Origin: the human T2T-CHM13v2.0 reference genome, Homo sapiens
Length of the DNA stretch: 64,000 bases
Direction: 5' to 3' (one strand)
Assembly (NCBI RefSeq): GCF_009914755.1
Contig: NC_060947.1
Below, piece after piece: positions 30,243 through 47,938 of this stretch. The position numbers and the translations under genes were made by a program. Numbering within the stretch: the first letter of the stretch is position 1; the number at the start of each line of letters is the position of its first letter. Under the pieces are notes generated by a model. The model ran no database searches. It was not told the origin of the DNA and saw only the letters and a list, made by a program, of their open reading frames with translations.

Positions 30243-31128
30243 AGAATACAGTTGCAAGTTTTAGCAGAATGGACCAAGCTGAGGAAATACTCTCAGAGCT
30301 CAAAGAATGATTCTCTGAAATAACCTATTCAGACAATAATAAAGAAAAAAGATTAAAGAAGAATGAACAAAATCTCCAAGAAATATGAGATGATGTAAAG
30401 AGACCAAATGTATGACTCATTGGCATCCCAAGACAGGGAGAGAAAGCAACTGGGAAGCATAATTCAGGATATTGTGTATGAAAATTTCCCCAATCTCACT
30501 ACAGAGACCAACATTCAAATTCAGGAAATTGAGAGAACCCCTGCAAAATACTGTACCAGACAACAATCCCTAAGACATATAGTCATCAGATTATCCAAAG
30601 TAAACATGAAAGAAAACATGTTAAAATCAGCTAGAAAGAAGGGGCTTGTTACCTACAAAGGGAACCCCATCAGGCTAACAGCATGCCTTTCAGCAGAAAC
30701 CTTACAAGCCAAAAGAGATTAAGGGCCTATATTCAGCATTCTTAAAGAAAAGAAATTCCAACTAAGAATTTTATTTCTGGCCAAACTAAGCTTCATAAGT
30801 GAAGGAGAAATAAGATTCTTGTCTGACAAGCAAAAGTTAGGGGAATTTGTTACCACCAGACAGGCCTTACAAGAGGTCCTGAAGTGAGTGCTAAACATGG
30901 AAAGGAAAAACCCTTACCAGCCACTACTAAAACACACTAAGTACAAAGACTATTGACACTATGCAGCAACAACACAAACAGGTCTGCATAATACCCAGCT
31001 AACAACACTATGATGGGATCAAATCCGCGCATGCCAATATTAACCTTGAATGTAAATAGGCTAAATGCCCCAACTCAAAGTCATACAAGCGACAATTAGA
31101 TAAAAAAGCAAGACCTAATGATTTGATA

Positions 31129-31340
31129 TCTCCACCCCCTGGGTTCAAGCAATTCTCTTGCCTCAACTTCCCGAATAGCTGGGATTGCTGATGTGTGCCC
31201 AGATAATTTTTGTATTTTTAGTAGAGAGGGGGTTTTGCCATGTTGGCCAGGCTGGTCTCGAATTCCTGACCTCCGGTGATCCACCCACCTGGGACTCCCA
31301 AACTGCTGGGATTACAGGCATGAGCCACCATGCATCGCCT
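31129..31340 (-). mobile_element. AluS fragment lacking its 3' end and tail
   Basis: gggttcaagcaattctc…ttttgtatttttagtagag…gggattacaggcatgagccacc. Confidence 0.9.
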
Positions 31341-32540
31341 TGCATGAGTATTTTCATTGCAGCAGTATTCACAGTAGCAAAGACATAGAATCAACCGAAA
31401 AGCCCACCAACAGGAGATTTGATTAAGAAAATGTAGTACATATACATCATGGAATACTACACATCCATAAAATAAAAGAGATCTTGTCCTTTGTAGTAAC
31501 ATGGATGGAGTTGGTGACCATTACCTTAAGCAAACTAACACAGGAACAGAAAACCAAACACCACATGTTCTAACTTACAATTTGGAGCTGAACATTGAGT
31601 ATATATGGACACAAAGAAGGGAGCAACAGACACCAGGGCCTACTTGAGGGTGGAGGGTGAAGATAAAAAAAACTACCTATTAGATACTATGCTTATTACC
31701 TGGGTGATGAAATAATCTGTATACAAACCCTTGTGATGTGCAGTTTACCTAGATAACAAACATGCATATGTACCCCTGAACTGAAAGTAAGAGTTAAAAA
31801 ATTAAAATTAATTAAAATCATTTAATGTAATGTCTCCAGTCTTAAAAACATAACTAAGGACAAGGATTTTAAAGTGGTTTAGAGTCCACAGTCATTTTCA
31901 TAAAGGTCAAATGTTTCTTCCCACTCAGTTTATTCTGGTAAGTAGTTTCATAATGTTACTATTTTTCAATGTTTATAATTTAAATGAGAAATGAAACATT
32001 TTTAGGGAAAAGAAACTTTATTAAGGGTTGATTATATTACATAATATTTTTATACCTGAGAAATACAGGCTGTTTTAAAAGCAAACCATGAAAGGAAGAT
32101 AATAACTTCAAGAAATGGAAGAGATGATAATCATAAGTCTTGGCATATTGAAAGAACATTTCTAAACTTTGTTATTAAATTAGGCAAGATCACATTTTCA
32201 TTTATTACTATAGATGGTTTACAAGGCTGTTGACCTAATTATTCCTATGAAAAATATGGGTGAATTGTATCACAGAATATGAAATAAAACATTGGCTGAA
32301 GGGCTGAAGTAATGGCAATTTAGATGGAATTTAATAATATATTTTATTTTCCAGTTTTTTGCAGCAGGTTTTTTTCCTTGAATGGTCAATTAATGTGGGA
32401 ATAATTCATGCGCAGATGGATTGGCTGTGCTCTTGAAATAAACTGTTTTCAAAATTCCACCAAAATTCCACCAGCAGATGGATTTAACCTAAGGGAGTAG
32501 ATGTTCAATGTTTGGCTCCATGAGCTGATCTTGTATTTGA

Positions 32541-33067
<527 letters not shown>

Positions 33068-33781
33068 AACACCTCCCTTTCAAACTGGATCATGGGGCAG
33101 ATGCCTCGTATTTTCAAACTACTGTTTGAAAATATCTACTTACCTACTTTTTTGCAGGTTATAAGCCTTCTGAACTGCGCCCATTTTCACTTGTTTTTAA
33201 TGATTAGCACTACAAGACTTGACCCTGTCCTCCCTTGCCCTGGTTGTGTCATCTTCACCTTCTAATCCCCTTTATCTGGACCCACTATACCAGTAAAGTG
33301 TAGATAAATTCAGGCCATGCACCTGTGAATTAGATACCCCTGTTTTTAGTATAAGAGTGAGAACAACATGAAACCCTCCAGTGCCCCAATCCAGTTGTTT
33401 TGTCCGAAGCCCCTTTGACATGTCAGAGAGAATCCCGATTATGTAAAGAAATAGGTCAACCTGTGGAAACACAACAGATGGGTTCAGTAAAACTTTATTG
33501 AATACCTCCAATGTGCATGGCAATTAAATGAAACCCGGGGAGTTTCCTTAGATAAAATTAAAAAATTTCATTGGCCAGTGGGACTATTATGTATCTCTAA
33601 CAGATAGAAATAAATTTTGCAAAGATCACTTTTTGTTAGTAAAGGTTTGGATTTATAATTCTTTGTTATTTTCTCACTGAAGATCATTTCGACTTTGTCA
33701 TTGGATTTGTTATCTTGCATTATGTTAGTATGGTGCCATTTCAGTCACCTTTTAGAGAAAATGAAACCTAACGTGCTGCAG

Positions 33782-33782
<1 letters not shown>

Positions 33783-33824
<42 letters not shown>
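33783..33824. repeat. (AC)21 microsatellite
   Basis: Directly visible. Confidence 0.97.
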
Positions 33825-33825
<1 letters not shown>

Positions 33826-36800
33826 ACAGCTGCCTATAGTGAAACACATTATAGAAATGATTCAATTTTATTTGATTCAGAGTGTCACTTAAAGTGTTTT
33901 CTTTTGTTCATTTGTAGCTCATTTTAAACACGTATTTTAAAATCTACTAGTAAAGGAAGAGAACATACCATTAGCGCTGATTGGGAAGGGTGGTTACTTG
34001 AGGATGTAAAATGGCTAGCTCCATTTCACGTTACATTTAATATGGAAAGGAAACCATAATACTGCATTAGGAAGAGTTAATTCTGACTGTCATTAATGCT
34101 CAGTAGTTCTGCACATGTATGCAGAAAGCTGCTGTTCTTGTTACTCCCTGCACACACTCTGTGCTCAGTGGAGTGCAATTGTCTTGGCCCCAGCAATTGC
34201 TGAGCAGGTGACTTGATTATACTGAAATCAGGCAGAAAATGTCCTCTTCTGGCCACTCGAGTGAATCAGTCAAATTATTGAGTGGCAAAACTAATTCTAT
34301 GCCTTGGGCCATCAGAACTGCCACTTCCTATAAGTCAAGCCTTCACTTAGTGTGAAATTGTTTTTTATTTTATTCTCTTTCATTTATTATGCTTATTTCA
34401 GCTAATCTACTTAGTGGATGTGAATTAGCTCACGTGCTTGGGCAGGTTTAGATATGCAACTTTCTGATCTAGTAGTGTTAAAATATTTTAGATTTCCAAT
34501 TCATTTAACAAACATCCAAAATTTTTTATGATCCATATTGCTGGGAGATACAAGGCAATGCTTGTGATTTTAAAATGAGGTACAATAGGAAAGAAAAGAT
34601 TAAATAAGATGAGATTTAATGAAATTTTACTTCTACTAAATTTTTCTTAATAGAATTACAGACATTTAAACTTCAGAAAACGGGAAATTGATTAAATGCA
34701 GATTCTTAAGTGAGAAATAATTTACAGTTGCTTAGTCACACAGTTCCTCTTGTCCGTCTGTGAAACAAATCTCCATGCAGTTCCTTATATACTTTTGAAT
34801 TTCTGGCTCAAATTTTATGCTTATTAACAGTCATTGTTATCATTGTCATTAACAAGCTGGGGAGTATTTATTCATGAATACTACTGACACGTGAAACCCA
34901 TTTTCCTTAAGTTAGAGAATACCAAAAGACAGCATCTTGTGTGCATGTGTGTGGAAACTTAAGGTGTGCTTTAGAGTTTTATATGTCTATCAACTTCTTT
35001 ATTTGCCATTTGAATGGGATAAAGTATTTATACCAACCATCTTAAAATACTTAACAAATAATTTGTATAACATGTAGTTTTCTGTTCACTTCTGCTTATT
35101 TCGTGATACATAAGAGGAAAATGTACTATTTTGGGGCAATCAAAAACCTGAGCTTGAGACCAATGTTTTAAAGAATAGCAAATATTTGCTTATATTTCCA
35201 TGACAGGGAGCATTTTTTGAGTGATCTAACAGATTCTGTGAAGATTTATTCTCCTATTAGAGAATGCCCCTTAAATCTTGGAGGAGGGAAATGGCAGTTG
35301 AATTGTTGAGGGATTTCTGCCTATACATATTCATTTAACAAAACTAGATGGTATTTGCAGAAGTGGGTGAGCTATCATGTCAGATATTATATGTCACATG
35401 TTAGATGTCACACACATGCATTTCTTTAGGTTAATGGCTGGGAAAAAAATCTCATGTTCTACATATTTTGTTTGATAAGACATTTGTGTATTTTGAGATA
35501 CACATGTATGAACTCTTTTCTCTTGGAACAGGTATCCAAATAATATGATACATGTTTAAAAAATAATAATGATAATATTTTCCCTTGAGACAGCACAGTT
35601 TAGATCCATAAGGCCATTATCAAGAAATAGTCTTTGGCATGTTTAATAGAGTTTTGCACAATTTGTAAGTATAGATTCATAGAACTCTAGTAACATGTAA
35701 GAGAAACATGGAATATTTAAAATCTTATTTTAAATGTACAATTATTTCTGATACAGAAATCAGGAGAGAAAGCCTTTTTTTTTCTTTTATATTCTTTCAG
35801 GTATAAGTTACGAATACTATTTATCTTTTTTTAAATTAAATTTTTATTTTTGCCTTTCTCTGAAAAAACGATATTTTTCTCTATAACAATTTTGAAGTTC
35901 TGAAGACTTTTTGTACCTGGAAAATCACTAAAAGTATAGTGAAAATGTAGTCAAAATTAAAACATTTTATTAAATCCACATCTGACATTACTGGTGTATT
36001 TTTAAGAATAGTTATTTAGATGATAAAATGTATTTAGAAAAAATTAATTGTGTTTGATTAATTTTAACTTTCACTTTTCAATTTAATTTCTATAAACAGT
36101 TTTTTTGCAGCCAAGGAATACATTAACTAAAAATTATTATTAGTCAATCAATACTTACATTTAATAAATGACTAGATTTATACTCATAATGTAAATAGTC
36201 CTCAATCAACAGTTTCTTTGAAGACTGTTATTTATCAATCAAAGATGAGGCTTATTTTCTTGGCTCATAAATGTGTATATCTGTAAAGATAATTGCAGTA
36301 ATCTCTGTATTGATAATTGTAACCCTTGGAATCTAATGGATGTCACTTCTGAATGCAAAATGTTATACACTAGTGAGATAGAATTTGAGTGTTGCATAAT
36401 TCTTGGTGATACAAAGAAAATCATAATGAAAGATGCATTTTGATATTTTTGAACTTGAGGTGAAGCATATGAAAAGTATTCAAGCCAATAAAGAAAGAAT
36501 AGAGAGGATAATTTTGAATAGTTTTGTTTTACATTTTTGGAATTTTGCAGTATCTTATAGGAGAGAATTGAATTTTATTTATGGAAAAAATTTATTTGAA
36601 ATTAGTATGTTTGGGGTTTTTCTTCATGGCAAGGTGGTAGAAATGTTTGAGTATGTTAAGTGTAGAATAACAGCTTCTAGGAGTAAACTATTAGATAAAT
36701 GTAATAAAGTATTCTGTTGCATAATCGGTCATTTTTCACTGTTTAACTTAGCAGTGAAAACTCTATTAAATCACAAGGCCACCAAAAGTCCTTTATTTTT

Positions 36801-39238
36801 CTTCATACTAGGGCCATGTCATGAGGTCCCTGTGCTATTCTCAGGTTGTAACAATCTGATGTCATTGGCCTTCCTAGAGGAAAAAATTCTGCACCCAGAG
36901 ATTTTTATGGGTAAAAGACAGTCTGTGGGTAATGCTGTTTGTTTTCTCTTTACCAGTTACAAAAAGAAAGTGCCCTATGCGAAGTTCCATGGTTTATACT
37001 TTCATCAGGTGTTTGGGTTCTACAGCCAGAAGACTGACTAAAAGTTAGACCTTTGCTGTGGAAACTGTTGAGCACCATGTGGAAAAAAATGGCCTAATTG
37101 TTGTGTACCTGATAAATGTAATTCCTAAAGGTTGTCTTACGTGGAGTATATGACTGTTTCAACAAGCTTTTAAAAAGTGAAGGGTGCAAAGGGGGAATAT
37201 GGCTTCAGTGTCCTTTCAGTGGCAAGAAATGAAAGGTTTGTTCCTCATTAAATCATTTATTGATGTTTCCCAATAGATTTTGAGCTGAACACTTGTTAAT
37301 CTCAAAGCTCTGACAAGCGAGGCCTGCAAAATTAGGCCAACCACTGCTACAAATATCTAGTGTACATGAAACGGTAATCATTGCTTTCCAGTCTATTATT
37401 AGATTAACTTCATAGGAATTGCTTTTTTCTCTTGTGAGTTGATGCATAAATGGCATGCTTTATCCTCCAATAAATATAATAGCAGAGTGCCTATGACATG
37501 ATGTTCATAGCCCTTGGTCCCATGACAGATTATTTTTGATTGCTGCTGGAGTTCAGAGCAGCTTGAAACCATTAGAATTTGAAGGCATCCTTGAATATTA
37601 CAGCATACCTAACTCATACAGAATACTGCTGACTCTGAGTTATGTTCACAGCTTTTTGTCCCATGGTCTTGACTGTCACTCTGTGACTAACTTAAGAAAT
37701 TATTTAGAAATTCTCAATTGAGTTAATAAACAATTTTACGACAAGATGTAAGAGTGGTATCTCCATCTCTTGAGGATTACTAGCATTGCTAAATGTCACC
37801 AGGGAGAGTTTCTGTTGACATTTTGCATCTAACTATGTTGAAACTTCTTTTCCTTGTTACGAGTTACATTAGAAAGGTATGATATTAGATGCCAAGCCTC
37901 TTATACAGGCAATTCTAAATACATTCTTTCTGTAGCAGATCAGTAACTTGTATTTTGTGTTGATATTTTCTTTTCACCTCAACATGCAACTTCCTTTCTG
38001 ATGACTTAAATCCAATCTGCTTATCATTTCTCAATCTTGTAAAAATGGCTCAGATAAGCAGTTAGTAGAAACTTTGATATGAGTGTGCTTTCCCCAGGTT
38101 GTGGAACTTTGAAGCTTTCAATGTATACAAGTGTGGTTCTAAGTGTTTCTTGGTTCTCTGTCAATTTAATTTTAGGAGAATCTCATGTTTTATACCTAGG
38201 GTGATTTATTTTCCTGAGATATTTTTGGTTTATGTCTGTTTTGATGCCCTATCTAGTTTAGTGTTTTATCACTATCTAAAGTGTTTTTGTTTGAAAAATA
38301 AACTATACAGTTATCTTTCTTATTAAACCAGCTAATCTTTATATGAGTAAATTGATCTATGAGTGTCTTGGGGTTTCACATGTATGGAAAGGAATTGTAA
38401 CCTTATTACTGACTCTTTCTCTTTTTTAGCCAATACCTTTAATTCAACATTTCTCGACGTGAATATAAAGAGACATATAATACATAGTAGACCACCTCAT
38501 TTCAGATCTTCTATGGAGACAATTGTAATACTAAGTTGAATCTAAAAAGTTGGAGGCATTGTTGCACCAAACATTGATCTTCACCCTTTCCATGCTAAAA
38601 CAGCCATAAAGTAAAACATCATGTACCTCAGTTTTTTCCCTATTATCACAATGTGAAGCACTAAAGACGTATTTACTTATATGTTTCTATTCATTGCATT
38701 AGGCATGGGCATTATTGCAAAGCACCCCAGGCAGCACAACTAATGAGGGAGTTAAGGATGGACCTCTTCTTAGGGAAGATTAAAACGCAAAACAACTTGG
38801 AATTGCTTTAATGAGAAATTTTGAGCATTTAAAAATTTGTAAGTAACAATGCAGTGCATGCTATGAAAATGCATGGTATGCCTGACTTTAGCTGCACATG
38901 TAGTCAAGTGTACTATAATTTTATTGAGAAATGCCTTCATTAATTGTATAGCAAGATTTGTTACACATAGAACCTAGAGCCAATGTGAATCTAATTTAAT
39001 ACAATGGTTATTTTTTTTTAATAATTGACATTCCTGGCTTCTATGTTAAGTATATGGTAGCAGTTTGACAGCATTGAAAGACCCATAGGGAAGCAAAAAA
39101 TGTTCCCAATATAGTGGTGTTTATTGTTATTTATGTAGTACATTTTAATGACTAAATATGCATCAGATGTTACACAGCATAGTATATAATCAGGGACCAA
39201 ACAACAGACACATTGAGGGATAAGAGCTTATTTCAAAG

Positions 39239-39856
39239 TGTACTAGTCAGGGTTCCCTAGAGGGGCAGAACTAATAGGATAGATGTATATATGAAGGGGA
39301 ATTTATTAAGGAATATTGACTCACACAATCACGAGGTGAAGTCCCACAATAGGCCATATGAAAGCTGAGGAGCAAGGAAGCCAGCCCGCATCCCAAAATC
39401 CCAAAAGTAGGGAAGCCGACGGTGCAGCCTTCAGTCTGTGGCCAAAATCCCTAGAGCCCCTGGCAAATCACTGGTGTAAGTCCAAGAGTCCAAAAGCTGA
39501 AGAACTTGGAGTCTGATGTTGAAGGGCAGGAAGCAACCAGCATGGGAGAAAGATGAAGGCCGGAAGACTCAGCAAGTCTGCTTCTTCCACCTTCTTCTGC
39601 CTTCTTTATTCTAGCCATGCTGGCAGCTGATTAGATGGTGCCCACTCAGATTGAGGGTGGGTCTGCCTCCACCAGTCCACCGACTCAAATGTTAATCTCC
39701 TTTGGCAACATCGTCACAGACACACCCAGGAACAATACTTTGCATCCTTCAATGCAATCAAGTTGACACTCATTATTAATTATCACAAGTTCACCTCTTG
39801 TCAACTTGAACCCATACACATAATCCTGAAGTTGACACTCAATATTAACCATCATA
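39239..39856 (-). mobile_element. MLT2A-type ERVL remnant: complete LTR 39239-39787 plus internal stub plus tip of a second LTR
   Basis: The minus strand reads TGTGAT…TTAATA[A/T]TGAGTGTCAACTT twice; tgtactagtcagggttc is the other terminus; TSD caaag/cagag. Confidence 0.88.
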
Positions 39857-40259
39857 CAGAGAGAAAAAGCATAAATGTTCATAGTTAATGGTAAGTAGAT
39901 GAGTTTAGACATTTTGTAGGTAGGTAGGAAAGTTTTGTATGTATGTAGATATGTTTAGAAATCAAATGAATTCGATAGGGCTCATTTCAAATGATCAACT
40001 ATAAAGGTCAGATGTGTAAACCACTGATTCCTACCTACTTCCAGGTTACTGGGATCACCCCCATGGCAAACAGCCTTTCTTGATCATGAGTTTATAAACA
40101 CTTCTTAACCATATTTGCCAAATACAAATGATTCATGGGTAACTATAGGGAAAAAAACTCCACAACACATGTCTGAGTACTGAGGTCAGAGCACCTTATC
40201 CAGCGACTGCTCAGGATAATTTTTTTTTTGCTTGACAATGTGCTTTACAGCAAGTTTCT

Positions 40260-40309
40260 TGTGTGTGTGTGCGTGTTTGTGTGTATGCTTGCATGTGTGT
40301 GTGTGTGTA
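40260..40309. repeat. Imperfect (TG)n
   Basis: Directly visible. Confidence 0.8.
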
Positions 40310-42494
40310 TGGCATAATATGTGTTTCTATAATGTAGCTAATTTAGAAACATTTGATAACTCATATATTTTGTGTTACATAAATGTATGAACACAAATGA
40401 GAAGTTAATACAAGAGTTTTGATGCTTTAGTTGGATTTTGTATGGCTTTTGTAAGTATCAAGTAGAATGGTGTAATAATATCACCCAGAGGCAGTCTGCA
40501 CATAACAATAATGATATTATTAATAGTAACAATCTGTATATAACAAAAACAACGACAACATATATGAAGTAAGTGTTTCTATCATCTTTGTGGAAATGTA
40601 TTTTGTGTTTTAGTCTCAAGATTTTAAATGGTCACTCGTTTTATTATTAAGTTGTTTGTCATGCATATACTGAAGCTGGAAACAATATATCAGATAGAAA
40701 GTTCTACAGATTTTTTACACAGGGGCATATATAGCATATAGTAATATGTCTTTTATGAAATAAATCATGTCATATATTATTCTAATTATAATTGATGGAT
40801 TAGGATGCAGCTGGACAAAAGGAAGTATTTATGCTAACTTCAATTATAACTTGGAGAGTACCAAAATGTTTCTTATCTTCTGACTCTGTTACGGCAATAT
40901 GATGCCATAGAATGAGATTGGATTGAGTCCTATCTAACGACCAATTAAGTATTGTTTCTGATAAGCCATTTATCTTCTCCAAGGAATATTTTTTCTTCTC
41001 TGTAACATGTAGATAGTCATGCTTGCCCTGCTTATTTCTTACCTTGTTATGAATTGCATATGAATATTTAAATCATATGTGAAAGCGTTTTGAATGATGC
41101 AAAATACTGTATGTGGTATATTTTTTAAAAATATTGCTTTGAATTTCTTTGCTTTTTGTCAATTAATGCTTTACTATTACTGTAGGCTACATTTTGGAAT
41201 AAGAAAATAGATTTTGTTGGAAAATGAAGAAAAACATTTTGATTTTATGGGTATTATAGTCTAGCTCATGATGAGCTCAATTTTTTTTCTTGAACTATAA
41301 AATATATTTCATTACCACCAAAATGTATTATTCATCCCCTGTTTATACCCAGATGGTTTATAACATATGGAATAAATCAACACACCTGCAGTGTAACAGG
41401 TTCCTCATGCTATAGCATAATATCTTAAGTAACGCCACAGGATACTTATAATGACTTCAAAGCTATCCAGAATCACATGCATACTGAAAACATTTTATTA
41501 TTTGTAATTCTTGGATTTGTCTATATTAAATGTAAAAGTAATGAGTTTTGTAGAAAGTTATCTTTCCACATGTGATCAATATGTTTTGAAGCTCACATAT
41601 GCTCTCAGGAGTTAATGTTTTCAATATTTACAAGAGTAAATCATTCTGGAGGTCCTAGTGCTATGTACGCTATCAGATGTGCAGGCAGCCACCATTTGGA
41701 AAAAGTCTTCTAATTTCTATCATCCTGTAGTTTTGTACAATTTAAAGCATAATTTATATCTTGGAGAGGAAAACTGCTAATTGAGATCATGTCATAAAAA
41801 TGTAATTTAGCAAAACTGTTAGTTTTGGGTATTTTACTATTTTAAGCAAATATTTGTTAAATCACTTGAATATTAAATAGGTTGTAAAATTGTGTTGGGT
41901 ATCGGCATGTTATGTCTTCAAATGCATTTTAATTCTCATTTTCCTTTGTTTAAATAGTGAAAACTTTATAAATTAGAAACTACAATTAATTGAATAAACT
42001 CCAATAGGACATTTTTGTATGCATTTAAAAAAATGTAACATAAATATTTTAGAGCTTTTGATGGTGGGTAACGTGTCCATCCCTCTGGATTTTAATGCAG
42101 TACCAGGGGAAATAATGCTAATATCATGTGAAGCACAATTTATTTTCAGTTTTTAAGCCCATCATGGTTACTCAGTTAATATATACTTTAATGCCGGCAT
42201 CTAAAATATCTAAATTAGATTTTAATAGCAAGATTTCCCAACCAATACAGAAACTATGATTCGTGCCATAGCTATTTCATCCCACAGACTCCCAAAATAC
42301 CTTATGTGATGATGAGTAAAAGAGAGGCATTTGCCAATTTAATGACATGTTTTCTGTATGCTTCAGATGCCTTTATTCATTTTAATAACAGAACTCATAG
42401 AATCCTAGAAGTACTAGAAAGCTTGCAATAGGGGAAGCTCTCCTGTTTTTCATACAAGGAAGCCTCTCAATAGGGTCATACAATGGTGGGGAGG

Positions 42495-42735
42495 GCCTAA
42501 CTCTCATTTATCGACCTAGAAAGCCAATCGTTGCCTGTTCTGGAATAAGAGTGCTAGGTGCTTTACATCTCTTATCTCATTTAACTCCCGTAAGAACTAT
42601 GAGGTAAGCGTTCATTATCTTTTTTGTGTAGATGAGGAAACAGAGAAGCTCCTAGACGTCACACTGCTAGTGAATCAGTGCCAAATATAACTGGCTTTTC
42701 AAAGATTGGGTTCTTAAATACTAGGCCACATTACT
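42495..42735 (-). mobile_element. MIR SINE
   Basis: gtgctaggtgctttacat…tctcatttaactc…tatgaggtaag…tagatgaggaaacaga. Confidence 0.75.
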
Positions 42736-42794
42736 TTTCTCAAGTTCTAAATATTGGCCAAAAGAAAGGCCCTGTTTTGGTATCTGCTAGTTAG

Positions 42795-42967
42795 TGTAGA
42801 ATATAAGAATCACAGAAAGATAATGAGCTGTTTCTAGTCCTTGATGCACCTTTAGCCAGATTTTGAACTGAGGTAAATCACTTAACTTTATTGTTGTATC
42901 ATCTATCAAATGGGAATGATAGTCTCTGCATACGGGTCATTGGGATAATAAAATTAGGTGAGAGATG
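42795..42967 (+). mobile_element. MIR SINE whose 3' tail continues at 43577-43606 and 48272-48290
   Basis: ggtaaatcacttaacttt…tcatctatcaaatgggaatgatag…aaattaggtgagagatg. Confidence 0.65.
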
Positions 42968-46227
<3,260 letters not shown>

Positions 46228-46290
46228 TATGATGTTAGCTGGTGATTTTGCTCGTTAGTTGATGCAGTTTCTTCCTAGTCTCGATGGTCT

Positions 46291-47938
<1,648 letters not shown>

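Larger units (their letters stand above)
29275..31805 (+). mobile_element. L1PA15/16-like LINE-1 with 5'UTR remnant, ORF1, ORF2 start and 3' end; most of ORF2 deleted
   Basis: ORF1 peptide at 30408-30722 (ENFPNL…RHIVIRLSK…KGNPIRLTA); ORF2 start near 31010 (ttaaccttgaatgtaaat…); L1 3' end at 31341-31805. Confidence 0.88.

Noticed and set aside
32452-32474. Short tandem duplication aaaattccacc x2 (similar ones near 48917 and 53284)
   Set aside because: Ordinary slippage duplications with no array or spacer structure.
36433-37041. 202-aa ORF in unique sequence
   Set aside because: F/I/L/K-rich composition expected from AT-rich DNA, with no recognisable domain and no promoter or splice context. 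Most likely a chance ORF, though I could not run a homology search.
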